Part shown: positions 1-12,790 of the stretch, one piece after another
Layout: each line of letters starts with the position of its first letter
Numbering within the stretch: the first letter of the stretch is position 1
NCBI GenBank assembly: GCA_009914755.4
Contig: CP086569.2
Span: 7,104,001 to 7,168,000, forward strand
Source of the DNA: the human T2T-CHM13v2.0 reference genome, Homo sapiens
DNA length: 64,000 bases
Reading direction: 5' to 3'
Program-made: the position numbers and the translations under genes
The notes under the pieces: model-generated
Databases searched by the model: none
What the model was told of the DNA's origin: nothing
The model's input: only the letters and a program-made list of their open reading frames with translations

Positions 1-37
1 AAGCAAGAACCCATCTCTATAAATAAGTAAATAAAAT
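1..37 (+). mobile_element. probable A-rich 3' tail of an Alu whose body lies upstream of the window
   Basis: aagcaagaacccatctctataaataagtaaataaaa resembles the Alu 3' end (gagcgagactc...tcaaaaataaataaa). Confidence 0.3.
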
Positions 38-140
38 CCATTACCTGAAACATTCAGATAACAATCATCAAAACAGTATACACCTTTTAGAAAAACAAAT
101 TGTTTTTTAAATTAATTAATTAACTTAATAATTAATTAAT

Positions 141-228
141 TTTGAGACAGAGTCTTGTTCTGTCACCCTGGCTGGAGTACAGTGGTGCAGTCATAGCTCT
201 CTACAGTCTTGAACTCCTGGGCTTAAGC
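141..228 (-). mobile_element. Alu fragment, right-arm portion in reverse complement
   Basis: tttgagacagagtcttgttctgtcaccctggctggagtacagtggtgcagtcatagctc...gaactcctgggcttaagc is the reverse complement of Alu right-arm consensus. Confidence 0.75.
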
Positions 229-249
229 TGTAATGCCCAACCTCATTTC

Positions 250-745
250 TCCTTTTTCACATAGCCTTGTTTCCACCTGAATAGACTCTCCCTTAGCTAA
301 GAGAACAAGACAGACTCCATCTTGGCTCTTTCACTGGCAGCCCCTTCCTCAAGGACTTAACTTGTGCAAGCTGACTCCAAACACATCCAAGAATGCAATT
401 AACTGATAAGATACTGTGGCAAGCTATATCTGCAGTCCCCAAGAACTCATCTGATTGATAACGCCCAAAGCCCCATGTCTATCACCTTGTAATAGTCTTA
501 AAGCCCCTGCCCTTGGAACTGTTTACTTTCCTGTAACCATTTATCCTTTTAACTTTTTGACTACTTAACTTCTGTAAAATTGTTTTAACTAGACCCCCCT
601 CCTCCCCTTTCTAAACCATGGTATAAAAGTTAATCAAGCCCCTTCCTCGGGGCCGAGAGAACTTTGAGCGTTAGTCATCTCTCGGCCGCCGGCTAATAAA
701 TGACTCTTAATTCATCTCAAAGTGTGGCATTTTTCTAACTCACTC
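250..745 (+). mobile_element. LTR-like retroelement fragment, family unassigned
   Basis: U3-R-like layout with TATA box ggtataaaag (~622-629) followed by poly(A) signal gctaataaatg (~695-700). Non-Alu, non-L1 interspersed-repeat-like composition. Confidence 0.35.
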
Positions 746-757
746 GGGTATGACAAA

Positions 758-820
758 GCGATCCTCCCACCTCAGCCTTGTGAATAACTGGGACTACAGG
801 TGTGAGCCATTGTGCCTGGC
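758..820 (-). mobile_element. Alu fragment
   Basis: gcgatcctcccacctcagcc...gggactacaggtgtgagccattgtgcctggc is the reverse complement of the Alu 5' end. Confidence 0.7.
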
Positions 821-889
821 TGACCCTGTTGTTTTATTCAGAATCCTAAAGTGGTTGCCATGGGCTGCAACATGGGTGTCCCTGAGCCC

Positions 890-1611
890 AGATGTTCACG
901 TCCTAATCTCAGGAACCTGTGAATCTTTTACATTACATGGCAAACAGGACTTTCCAGATTAACGCTCTTGAGACAGGAGATTATTCTGGATTATTCAGAT
1001 GCGCTCAACATAACACCAAGCTCCTTGGAAGAGCGCAGCAGCAAGCAGTCAAAGATGAAGAAAGCAGATGCGATGAAGAAAGCAGAGAGAGACACAGAGA
1101 GGGACAGAGAAAGAGAAGAAGAGACAGGGAAACACACACACACAAAGAGAGAGACACTTAGAGACAGAGGCACAGAGACAGAGAGAGACAAAGAGAGAAT
1201 GAGAGACACAAAGAGAGACCGACAGAGAGACAGAGAGACAGAGAAAGAGAAGGAAAGACAGAGACAGAGAGACACACACACACACACACAGAGACAGAGA
1301 GTGACAAAGAGAGATGGAAAAACACAAAGAGAGACAGACAGAAACAGAGACAGAGACAGAGAGATAGGAAGAGACAAAGAGACACAGGCAGAGAGAGAGA
1401 GACAAAGAGAGACAGAGAATGGGACACAGAAAGGCAGAGAGAGGGAGACAGAGACAGAGGCAGAAAGAGAGACAGAGAGAGGCTGAAGACAGAGGCAGAA
1501 GGAGAGATAGAGAGAGGCAGAGACAGACAGACAGAGAAGGGGGAGGTGAAGCAGCACTCCTGGTTTTGAAGACACAGGAAGGAGCCATGAGCCAAGGAAT
1601 GCCGGGCTTTG
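890..1611 (+). mobile_element. MaLR (THE1/MST/MLT1-like) LTR, interrupted by an expanded GA-rich tract
   Basis: atgttcacgtcctaatc...catggcaaacaggactttccagat...gagattattctggattattcag... matches the MaLR LTR 5' region (catggcaaaagggactttgcagatgtgattaag...gagattatcctggattatc). ggagccatgagccaaggaatgc downstream matches the MaLR internal motif. Confidence 0.5.
1085..1545. repeat. GA-rich simple repeat (GAGACA/GA/GAGAGACA)n, about 460 bp, homopurine on + strand
   Basis: Continuous agagacagagagagaca... with interspersed (CA)n. Generates long Arg/Glu/Asp-rich and Ser/Leu-rich pseudo-ORFs in all frames. Confidence 0.9.
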
Positions 1612-1613
1612 TG

Positions 1614-1755
1614 GCGGGCGCCTGTAGTCCCAGCTACTCGGGAGGCTGAGGCAGGAGAATGGCATGAATCCTGTTGGCGGAGCTTGCTGTGAGCCGAGAT
1701 CGTGCCACTGCACCCTAGCCTGGGCGACTGAGACTCTGTCTCAAAAAAAAAAAAA
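1614..1755 (+). mobile_element. Alu, 5'-truncated (right arm plus poly(A))
   Basis: ggcgggcgcctgtagtcccagctactcgggaggctgaggcaggagaatggc...gcactgcaccctagcctgggcgactgagactctgtctcaaaaaaaaaaaaa. Confidence 0.85.
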
Positions 1756-2679
1756 GCATCTTACATCTCATTTTACTATTAAAATGAGAAAGGGTCAGTT
1801 TGAGGACAGGTAACCTCAAAATGCTCATGCTCTCTGTAAGGGAAAGTCCCTACTGAAGAATTGTTTTGCTTGAATGAGCTCAATGACAATGCAAATGCTG
1901 AAGCTTAGTACGGTCATGGTTACCATGCTTGCTGCACATAGAGAACATGTGTAAAAAACTAGAGTTTGCATAAGACAATCAATCATGAAGCCACACACAC
2001 ACACATGTCCCCCACAAGTGAGGATGACACATGAAAAATTGACTCTTCCAAATCCTTGGGGAAAAATATGATTCAGAATCCCTCTTCAGAAGTCACTGGT
2101 TTTTATTGTGGAGTTGTGAAAGGTCAGTCTGTGCTCTGGAAAATCCTGATGTGAGTGGGACTTGTGTTCAGTTTCCCGTTAACCCTTTTTGGGAGTCTGC
2201 CTTCTCCTTTAGTAGATTAAGTCTTGTTAATTCCAGGCTCTCTGCTGCAGTAGGGGGTTTGTCTTTCTTGGAAGTAAATCATCTGGGTTTTCGAACCTGA
2301 CAATCCATTTGCTGCCAGTGCACTATTTATTAATTCTTACTCAAGTGTCAATGGCTACTTAATTATGGCAACAGGCAAACAGCACAGGCATTTTACCAGA
2401 CCTAATGCCATAATAGTGGAACACCTACTGAGTACCCAGAAGAGCAAGAGGATGCTACTTTATCTACAAGTTGGCTGTGAAGGGAAACTGATTTGCTCTT
2501 TTGCAAACAGCATTTGTATCTACTCTCTCCCCTTTTTTCCTGCTTCAGATTATTCTCTTCTTGTTTCCCACTCTCTGTCAAATTCTCTGACATTAAAACT
2601 CTTTCCTCCCATTTCCTCCCCTCACCTCCCCTTTACTCCCTTCACCTCCTCTCTTCTCTTTTCCTTTCCTTTCCTTTTG

Positions 2680-2752
2680 ACAGGATTTTGCTTGTCACCC
2701 AGGCTGGAGTGCAGCGGCACAATCATAGCTCACTGCAGCCTCCAACTCCTGG
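2680..2752 (-). mobile_element. Alu fragment
   Basis: ttgcttgtcacccaggctggagtgcagcggcacaatcatagctcactgcagcctccaactcctgg. Confidence 0.7.
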
Positions 2753-2821
2753 ATATATATATTACATATATGACAGTCATTCCTTAAAATTATAATGAAT
2801 CTGCCCTATACTAGTGTACCT

Positions 2822-3112
2822 TTTTTTTTTATACCATATTTTTACTGTACATTTTAATGTTTGGATGAATTTAGATACAGAAATATTTACCATTGTGTTA
2901 TAATTGCCTACAGTATTTAGTACAGTAACCTGCTATACAGATTTGTGGCCCAGGAGCCACAGGCTAGACCATATAGCCTACGTGTGTAGTAGGCTAGACC
3001 ATCCAGGCTTGTGAAAGTGCATTCTGTGATGTTCACACAAAGTCACCTAAGGACACAGTTATCAGAATGTATCTCTGTTGTTAAGTGATACATGACTGTA
3101 GCCTTTGCTGCC
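2822..3112. mobile_element. ancient interspersed repeat, family unassigned (possibly a nonautonomous DNA transposon)
   Basis: Motifs tgtggcccaggagccacaggctagaccatatagcctacgtgtgtagtaggctagacc and gttgttaagtgatacatgactgta are recognisable as belonging to a common mammalian repeat consensus. I cannot name the family. Confidence 0.3.
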
Positions 3113-3475
3113 CCTCTGGCCTGAATGTTCATGTATTCTCCAAATTTATCCTAATCCCCAAGGTTATAGTATTAGAAATTGGGGCTTTGGGGAGGTGATG
3201 AGGCCATGAGGGTGGAGCCTCATAGGTGAAATCAGGACACTTATAAAAGAGACCACAGAGAGCTCCCTTGCCCCTTCCACCATGTAAGAACACAGCAAGA
3301 AGGACTATCTACAAACCAGAAAGGAAGTCCATACCAGACACTAAATCTGCCATGTCTTTATCTTGGACTTCCAGAGTCCAGAACTGTGGGCAATAAATGT
3401 CTGCTGTCTATAAGCCACTCAGTATACTGTATTTTGTTATGGAAGCCCACACTGACCAAGATAGTTACAGACTGA
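3113..3475 (+). mobile_element. MaLR MLT1-type solo LTR
   Basis: aatgttcatgtattctcc...tcctaatccccaaggttatagtattag...ggggaggtgatgaggccatgagggtggagcctcat...cttataaaagagaccacagagagctcccttgccccttccaccatgtaagaacacagcaagaagg...ggacttccagagtccagaactgtgggcaataaatgtctgctgtctataagccactcagtatactgtattttgttatggaagccc matches MLT1 consensus blocks in order. Confidence 0.6.
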
Positions 3476-4946
3476 GATCTGAGAAATCTCATGCTTTTGG
3501 GCATGAAAAAAAAAATTAGAGACAGGACTGGTGGAGGTTTTTTCTTGGAATATCATCTTTAATTTGAGTTCCCTTCCAGAGGCCATTTCTTACTGTGACT
3601 GGAAATGTCTGAGTAGCCTGTGTTCTCTTTCTTTGTATTCCTGCTCTGATCTTATCTTCTAGTCTCCAACCAGAAAGTTTAATCTTGACAGGTACTGACA
3701 GAAATGAAAAATGTGACCATTTCCTCCAGGGTGACCATGTGTTTTAAGTTCTCTGAAAAAAGCTAGCATGTGTAATTTTGTACATTCTTATTGTTTTTAC
3801 AAAACCTCTCTACTTTCAAAGAATAACATGCTGTGGATGAAGAAGCCTCTTCAGATCATGATCTGACTTTTGTTTACTGTAATTTGGTGATTTGATGATA
3901 ATCAGAGAGAAATCATAGCACTGATATACCTGCTGGGGACATTAAAATGGGATTGAGACAGAGTTAATTCCCAACTGGGGAATGGTGATGCAATGTGTGA
4001 GAACCATGCCTGTCTACAACAGCTCTTGGGCATTGGAAAATCCGCACATAATTTCTTGCAGAAATGGCTGCCTAAGGGCGGCAGGCTTTTGAGGTCTGCA
4101 GTTTGTCTGGTCTTCTTCTGACAGTTTATAATAGATTTGTTTCTGTAGCTGTGACCACATGCGTATGGTATTTAGTGATGTCATGAAAGAGTTGCTAATG
4201 CTGTAGTCAGAAAAAAATGGATGAGGTTAACAGGCTTGGGAAGTTTTAACCTCGAATAGCCTAACACTTTGGTGAACATAAAGGCAGTCTGGACAATCCA
4301 TTGAGACTATTTTTGTTGTTGTTGCAGAAAAACATCTATATGCTTGAAATACACATCTTTGTTATAGATACAGAGAATGTGAAGGCTTTCTTTCTTCCCA
4401 AACATGTAGAGCTAAGGCTACATTTTCTAAATCTCAAATAAATTGAATGCAAATATACTCCAATAGTAAGAAACAACACTAAAGGATACCACTATAGCAT
4501 ATGCTGTACCAGTTACTTGATCCTCAGTGTGGGGGTTCACGGCAACTGAAGAACAGATTACAGTTTTGTTACATGATAGTTAATACCACTATAGCATATG
4601 CTAAGTTCTTCTGCTTAGTCTTGTTAAAGCAAATAATTTTAATTCACAGGTGGGTATCTTGAAGGTATCGTCTTTGTTTATAGACTGAGGTTTACAGAAA
4701 TTAACAGAAATAAACATGATTTTTATCTACAAGCAAAATCAAAGATGATAAATTCAGATTAACTGTAATTACCTCAATGTTTTATGCAAAAGTGTCTTTA
4801 TTTTGAAACAACCCAACATAAGAAAGCAAACTTGAACTGTAATTAGATTGTCTCAGTATAAACCATTTAACTGACACTGTACTAAGTTGTTTAATAGGTG
4901 ACTTACTCATAATATGCTGGGTTTGATGTTTATCTTTTCAGGATAG

Positions 4947-5285
<339 letters not shown>

Positions 5286-5319
5286 TAAGAGGTGACCAAT
5301 TAAGTAACCTGAAACTATA

Positions 5320-5400
5320 TGTGTATATAGTATATATATATATACACACATATGTATATATATGTGTGTGTGTCTGTACATATTATTTTATATATATATA
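5320..5400. repeat. (TA)n/(TG)n compound dinucleotide repeat
   Basis: tatatatatatatacacacatatgtatatatatgtgtgtgtgtctgtacatattattttatatatatatata. Confidence 0.85.
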
Positions 5401-5499
5401 TAAACTGCATCAGACAAATCTGGCTTAACTTTCATGTAACAAAATTGTGATTTGTTCTTCAGTTGCCATGAACCCTCACACTGAAGATCATGTAACTTG

Positions 5500-5870
5500 A
5501 ATGTGCCAGGATGAACCTAGCATGCAACTTGAGATAATCCTAATTGAGAAGTAGGGACTGAATTAAGAAGCAGACACCACATTTCATGATTCAGGATCCA
5601 ATCAGATTGAACCCTGGGATCACCCTATGGCAAGATCCAATTAGATCGTGCCTCCTGGCATCATCCCATGGCAAGATCCAATCAGAACATGCCTTGTGGC
5701 ATCACTTCATTGCAAAGTCCAATTAGATCTTGTCTAATTACCATGTGCTTATAAAGCCTGACCTGAAGCTCAGCTCACAGACAAGATTTGAGCATTACCT
5801 CCAGTCTCTTTGCCAGCTGACTCACAATAAAGCTTTTCTTTTGTCAAAAGCCAGTGTCATAGTATTAGTC
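5500..5870 (+). mobile_element. LTR-like repeat with internal ~38-bp tandem repeats (x~4, 5595-5740) and AATAAA (5826-5831). Family unassigned
   Basis: Repeated unit (g)atccaat(c/t)agat...ccctgggatcaccctatggcaag, then ataaagcctgacctgaagctcagctc and aataaagcttttcttttg. Confidence 0.3.
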
Positions 5871-7427
5871 TCTATGTGGATTGAGCGGCGAGCTCATTGA
5901 TTGGTCATCTATAGCTGTATCTATAGCTATAGATACTCATCTACAGAAACATCATGGCTGTGTGATGATAGCAATGATGTCAAACAGGTACTGTAAGACC
6001 ATAAGGTCTTTACAGGTTCCCTGATCAAAATGACCCAATACAAAACGTTGTTTTTTGAAGTTGAGCAGAAAGAGAGATGAGCAGAAATCACTTAGTGGGT
6101 TGAGGAGACTAATGCAAAAGGTATTTGGAGAATAGGAGGAGGAAGTGGGCTGGATAAACACAGTAGGGACTACATGTTGGCTGCTTCCATGGAGACTGTT
6201 TCTGAGGTGAAAGTACTCATGCCAGGAAACAAAAATAAAGAGATATTTTAGTTTATGAGTGTATCTGCTTTCCTAACATGCAGCTGTTTATTAACATTAA
6301 TGGATATCTGGTTTTTTTTTTCACTCCATCCAAATTTAAAGCTTCATAGAATCCTAAACTTCAGTGTTGGAAGAATCCCTTAACCCTGTCACCCCACTTC
6401 TTTCAAGGAGAGTTCTTATCCAGGATTATAAATAAAAATCCCAGGGAGAACATTATCAAAATTCATGCACCCTATTCTTTTTCAGTAGATCTGAGAGAGG
6501 GGAAAAAAATCTTAACTACCTATTTAAAAAATTTTTTAAAAAGGATCTTTCTGATATATACCCTGAAAGAATCACCATCACATGGAAAAAGAGTACCTTA
6601 AAAATAGTTACATTTTTCCACTTGATCATGCCAAACAATTATGTGAATAAGAAAATGACATATTTTGCACCTAACTTGCCAAGCTGAAAAGACTTTTTCC
6701 TTTTGTATATTCGCTAGCAAATTGGGACAGTTTAACTTGCATCTTAGCCAATTTCTGCAGAAGCTGGGGCTCTGTGTATTTAGCTGGTTTGCAACTGATA
6801 AAAGCAGCTGTATCTCCACTGGATGGAAATTGCAGTGTGTAACACATGGCATGCAAAACAGGATATGAGAGGATTTTGGCAAGCAAAGGGACTCAGTTTC
6901 AGAAAGCTCTGGGGCTCCTCAGTTAGAATTCACTCTGCTGCCTCTACCTGCTGACAACTCACATCAATGCCTGGGTGTATGGATCTTGCTGGAAAATCAA
7001 AATGTAACTGGCAAAGAGAAATGCAGAGGTTCAATATTGTGCAAGGTAGGAGGAAGGCAGGTAGGAGACTTGCTGATAAGATAAATGTTGAATGAATAAC
7101 AGTAGATAATCTGCCAATTGTTGGGCTGATGGTAAAAAGTATGAAGGAAGTTTTCTTAGACTGACTCATCAACCTGGAATTGAAGCAAGTGCATGGTGGG
7201 GAGATGCTGGCTTTCATGGGAGGAATGGTGTTGAAAAGTCAAAACAGAGAACAAACTTGTCCCATCTCTACTTGGGTTCATATCCTTTCTCTTTGCAAAG
7301 CAAGCTGTGATTCAGAGGCAGTGAAAGCCATCACCTGGGGCTTCAGTTCTTTCCAGACTTACCCTTCAGTGGATCAAAGTTTTGTGTCTAATCCATTATG
7401 GGGAGATCAACCTTTAAATTTTTATCT

Positions 7428-7550
7428 TTTCTCCCTTTTTCCTTCTTCTTTCTCCTCTTCCTCCTTCTCTTTTCCTCCTCTTCCTTCTCTCCTGCTTTTT
7501 CTCTTTTCCTTCTCCTTTTTCTCCTTTGACTTCTTATTCTTCAGGGCTTA
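7428..7550. repeat. CT-rich (TCC/TTC)n low-complexity tract
   Basis: tttttccttcttctttctcctcttcctccttctcttttcctcctcttccttctctcctgctttttctcttttccttctcc. Confidence 0.8.
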
Positions 7551-8176
7551 CCCTTCACGTTAATGTGTAAACAATATGATTTGAGTCAAACTTGGACATT
7601 GGGGAAAAGTTTATTCCTTATGGGTGCCTTCACTAGTACTTATGATATCAGTCCACAGCATCAAAAATATGACATTAGGCTCTCCCTTAATTCTCCAAAT
7701 GCAGTTAAATCTAGGTGGTGACATATACCACAATCTTAATGTATTGGCTAATGAGAGGATGAACAAGCCAAAAAGAAAAGAGAAGGAAAGGACATTAATT
7801 TGGAAACTGCCAATGACAACTTTTACTGTCCATTGCCATAATCCCTACTGGTAGGTCCTTGAAGGCATTCTTGATATGGTAAAATAAACATGGCATTTTA
7901 CTTCCATGGTTTTACCAAAACCTGTAAGCCGTCTGAACATGAAAAAAAATCTTGACATAGCCTAATTGAGGTATATTCTAGAAAATACCTGCCAAGTTGT
8001 GTCCTCAAGACTGTCAAGGTCATCAAAAACAAGGACTGTCTAAGAAATTGTCTCATCCAAGAGGAGCATAAAGAGATGTGTGATAACAAAATGTAACTTA
8101 GGATCTTGGAAGATGCTGGAGCAGAAAGAGAATATTAGGTGAAAACCAAGGAGATCTAAATAAAGTAGGAAATTTA

Positions 8177-8474
8177 GATGGTGATGATGGTGATGATCAT
8201 GATGATGATGGTGGTGATGGTGATGATGGTGTTGGTGATGATAGTCATGATGATGGTGATGATCATGGTGGTGATGATGACTGTGATTATGGTGATGGTG
8301 ATGGTGATGATGATATGATGGTGATGATGATGGTGATGGTGAAGATGATGGTGATGGTGATGATGCTGATGATGATGAGTTGATGACAGTGATGATAATG
8401 GTGATGGTGATGGTGGTGGTGGTGATGGTGATGATGGTGATGAGATGATGATGGTGATGGTGATGATGGTGATA
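8177..8474. repeat. (GGTGAT)n hexanucleotide array with ATGATG/GGTGGT variants, about 300 bp
   Basis: gatggtgatgatggtgatgatcatgatgatgatggtggtgatggtgatgatggtg... The minus strand reads as poly-His / Ile-Thr pseudo-ORFs. Confidence 0.9.
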
Positions 8475-9097
8475 TAAGCTTCCAATAAGCTATAATGTTG
8501 TTTCTAAATATAGGTCCAATATAGTTTAGTAGACACACAGGAAAGTCTTTTCAGGGAAGCTAGCTCTCACTGATGTCTTTGCTATCCAAAGAATGTTATA
8601 CTTGCTCAGCAAACAACATCTATAGGAACTAGCACTCAGGAAAGTAAAAAAAAAAAAAAGACAGCAGAGGGCCAGTCCATTCTTCTCGTAGTTCATTCAT
8701 ATACTTGGTCACATGCTGCCACTACCTGCAAGGGAGATTGGGAGAAGGTATCCCTATAAGGGCAGACATGTGCCCAACAAAAACTTTGGTGGTGGGCGGG
8801 GTGGGGGAGTTCTATGACACAAAATACAAAGGAGAGAATGGCAGTTACCCCTGTCTGTCTTAGCCTTCATAGAGATGATGAGTTGAACCAGGAAAACAGC
8901 AGAGGGACTAAGAAGAAAGGGAAAGATTGGAGAGGGAAGTTACCCACAGAGTTGGTGAACATTTTGCCAGGTCTGACCTGAAGATCATGATTGGACATGG
9001 AAGCTAAAAAATGTGGCCATGATTTCTCACTTGGATAAACAGATAGTGACTCCTTGAGATATGACATGTAATGGTGGTACAGTGGGGATGAAGGGAA

Positions 9098-9524
9098 TGC
9101 TATGGTTTGAAGGTTTTTGTCCCCTCCAAAACGCATGTGTTGGATACATAACTTCCAATGCAACAGTTTTGGGAGGTGGAGCCTAATGGGAGGTGTTTAG
9201 GTCATTGAGGGCTCCACTTCATGAGTTCATTAAAGCAGCCATAAGAAAAGCATGTGTGGGGATGGGTTCTCCTCTTTCTCTCTTTCTCTGTCTCTCTCCC
9301 CCACAACCCCCATGTTTCTTTGCCACACAAAGATACAAACTTTCTCCCGTCTGGAGGGCCTAGCATTCAAGGCACCATTCTGTAGGATAGGAGAACAAGT
9401 CCTGACCCATGGTACCTTGTTTTTGGACTTCCCAGACTACAGAACTGTGAAAGAATAAATTTCTTTTCTTCATAAGTTACCCAGTCTGTGGTAATTTGTG
9501 ATGCAGCATAAAATTGACTAAGAT
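9098..9524 (+). mobile_element. MaLR MLT1-type solo LTR (second copy of the family seen at 3113-3475)
   Basis: tgctatggtttgaaggtttttgtcccctccaaaacgcatgtgttgg...gggaggtggagcctaatgggaggtgtttaggtcattgagggctccacttcatga...ggacttcccagactacagaactgtgaaagaataaatttcttttcttcataagttacccagtctgtggtaatttgtgatgcagcataaaattgactaagat. Confidence 0.6.
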
Positions 9525-12500
9525 GAGGTGAGGGGCTAATAAATATGAGTTTGAGTTAAATAGAGGCATCCAAGAAAACAAATTCAGTAGAATAATGACA
9601 ATTTGAGTCTCACCAGGGAAAGGCTAAAGACCCGGGGAGCCATGTGTGTATGGGATGTATTTAATGGAGCAGAAGTAGATGAGGTCTCAGAGAAAAAGAA
9701 AGAGACCAAGTATAAACTCTTACAAATATGGGTATGTGGAGGAGAGAAAACAATAAAATATGATAGATATGGGAAGTATGAGCACTATCAGGAAAAGGCA
9801 AGAAGGAGTACACTATGGAAACCAGGGGGGGGATAGATTTTGGAAGAGAGAGACAAGTCAGAAACTCAAAGAAGAAGATAAACTCTTCAGAATGGGTTCC
9901 TGGTTTGGAAATGAGATCTCAATCATGTTTCCAAAGGTGACATCACAGAGCAATGAAGTTGGCTGGAGCCATGACCCTTGGGAAAAAAAGAGTGTGGTCC
10001 ATGGGTGAAGATATTTGCTAGTGACAGGAAGAAGAGAGTGGACAGTAGCTTTTGGGAAAGAGGCAGAAAACTTAGTGAAGGCAGGAAATTCTGAGAACAT
10101 CTGCCATGTTGTTTTTTTTTTCTTCTAAAAACATCTAGCACTATCTGGCATCTTTGATTCATGTCAAGTTGTTGAAAACAAAGGAGAAGAGAGAGACTAA
10201 GAGAATGCCAGTGAGCTACCTCATCATGAGCAGGAAGAGGAGGAGGACATGAGTGTTGGCCTGGTCACGTAGTGTCTGTGGTCGAGACATGACCAAAAAA
10301 GAGGCCAACGGGGAGATTAAAATGGGTGAGCAGAGCAGGGTTTTGGGAGGGAGGAATGAACCCAATATCCTGGAAATAAAGATTCCCCTGAGGATATGAT
10401 AATAGCCTTGTATCTAAGATGAATGTGGCTTGCCATGGGCGATGCTACACATTCCATCGCAATAACACCATACATATAAGCTGTCTCAGTTCTTATTAGT
10501 CATTGTCTCATGTCCCCTGATATAATGAGAAGAGATTCTTACTAATGGTCTTTTATTCTCTTCTCTCTCTTTCCCTTGGTGTAAATTATGGTTCTGAGTA
10601 AACTGTAAGCCTCTTTTTTTGTTGTTGCTGTTTTTTCACTGCACAGAACTCTCAAATCCCATCATTCCATAGGAATCCGATTGATGTCATCTAAACCTCA
10701 GCATATATTTTTTGTTAATGATGAAAAGTTTCTCTCACCATCACCAAGGGAGTTTACTGAGACCTAAGGGTGTAAGCTAAACTCTCTTTATCATTTAAAA
10801 AACAAAACAAAACAAAACAGAATTTCCAATGCCATTGGGGGAAACCCTCTGGAAATATTTTTTTAAAAAGAAAACATTAATGCAAAAGGAATTCATACAG
10901 TCTATCTCAAATGCCCCCGTGCTATAATTTATTTTTATCAAGCTATGAAAAGAATTATATGGTGTTTAATGGCAACACCTTGATTGCATACAGATATGCT
11001 GAACATGTGTCAATTATTTTTCTTAGATGTTACATTGACAGAATTTGAAAGCTCCAGATGTGAAAAGTTAAAGAAAAAAGTTGATCCCCTTGAGTTTTGT
11101 TGGAATTCTCTCATGCTTATTCATGTTTCTTACATTAGTAAGAGTACTTATATGATCGTTTGGGAGAAGCTAGTTATGCCAAAGGTTTCTTGTTACCAAT
11201 GTTTAAATAGCTGTAAAACATTCTTTCTCTACTTGGAGAGCTAAGATTTGCTTTTTTCCCCCCTTACACGTTAGTACTTTGTAATGTGCTTGAATATGAG
11301 CTTGTTGAGGAGTCTTTTGCCTCTTGAGTGGGGTCTACCTCAAGCTGGTATGGCTGTCCTCCTGCAAAAGACTCCAAAGGCTCCTCAAGCACAGCCCATG
11401 GGTCAGGACCCGGGCTGGCAAGAAAGCCAAAAATTCACAGGCAGTAAAGGCTCATTCTGTCTTCCAGGAGGGGGAAGAACAGAACAAACATGGAAGAGAG
11501 GATAATTGACGGGAATTTGGCTACAGTAAAAGATAATTTAATTTTCTCTTGGTCAGGCAGCAAGGGTGGAGGAGATGCTGGTAGGGGGTTGGCCCCATTC
11601 TGTCCTGGGACCTCCCAGCACCTGGCTGAGATCTTTGTAAGATTCCCAAGATCTCTTTCAGTTTTAATACCACTTCTTTATTTTCCAGCAGAGAAACAGC
11701 ATTACACTGCTGACCACAGTGTAACCATACACCCAGTCTTTCCCAGGGATACTTGGGACAGACATCAATTTAAAAATTCATCGTTCCTGGCAACAAGAGA
11801 AACCAGGGATTACTAAGCAGGCAGGGAGGGTTGGTAGCAAGGGTTGAAAAAGTACTTAGTGGGTGCTAATGCTCACTATGTGGGTGACAGCTTCAGTTGT
11901 ACCCAAGACCTCAGCATCACGCTATCATGAAAAAAACCTGCACAAGTATCCCCTGAATCTGAAATAAAAGTTGAAATTATTTTTGAAAAATGCATCCTTC
12001 CAAATTGGTGACAACTCATTCCCGGCCATAGTCTGAATAATGTTCTCCAAACAGATCAGCTGTTCCTCTCTGCACCCTGCGAATGGAACCTTATTTGGAA
12101 AAAATAATTTTTGAAGATGTGTATAAGGTACAGATCTTGAGATGGGCAGATAATCCTGCCTGTAGAGGGAAATAACTAGATGATTAATAAATGAGTTGTG
12201 GGTTTGTGCACTGAATCTGGAGATCTGACACATTTACAAAATTATTTTTGGGGGGCTGACCTCACTATCTGGGCTGGCCTTGGCAGAAGCTGTGGGGGAT
12301 ATGCTGGTTCCACTCAACTAGATATGCCAGATGGAAAAAAAATAAAAGTACTTTCAACAAACCGAGCAGTGGTGACTCCTAAATTGCCAGACATGGATCC
12401 TAATGTGAGGAAGACACAAGGAGACCTGACACACCTACAGAGTAGAAGATGGTGTGAGACAGAGCACAGAGAGAATTCAGAGAGGCTGGCCTTGAGGATC

Positions 12501-12652
12501 AGAGTGATGACGATGGAGCTGCCAGAAGCTGGAGGAGGTAAGGAAGGATCCTCCCCACAGGCTTTCCAAGGGAGCACAACCGTGGAGAAACCCTGACTTC
12601 AGCTCAGTGGTATTGATTCAGGACTTCCAACTTCCAGAACCATGAGAGTATG

Positions 12653-12683
12653 TATTAGGTTGGTGCAAAAGTAATGGCAGTTT
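12653..12683. mobile_element. MADE1 / Hsmar1 terminal-inverted-repeat fragment
   Basis: tattaggttggtgcaaaagtaatggcagttt matches the MADE1 TIR ttaggttggtgcaaaagtaattgcggttt. Confidence 0.5.
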
Positions 12684-12790
12684 CAATATGCACGTTACTG
12701 GAAGCCTCTACATTGGTGGCAATTTGTTACAGCACCCCTAAGGAATAAATGCATTCCCCTAACAAATGAGTGTCAAAGGCAAGGATATTA

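Noticed and set aside
968-1713. Several long overlapping ORFs (172-240 aa) rich in Arg/Glu/Asp or Ser/Leu/Cys on both strands
   Set aside because: They lie entirely within the GA-rich simple repeat and the adjoining Alu. They are open in all six frames only because the sequence is low complexity. They are not coding.
4487-4603. 20-bp direct repeat ataccactatagcatatgct at 4487 and 4584
   Set aside because: It is short and isolated. It overlaps the left TIR of the candidate TIR element and is probably a small local duplication. No further structure is visible.
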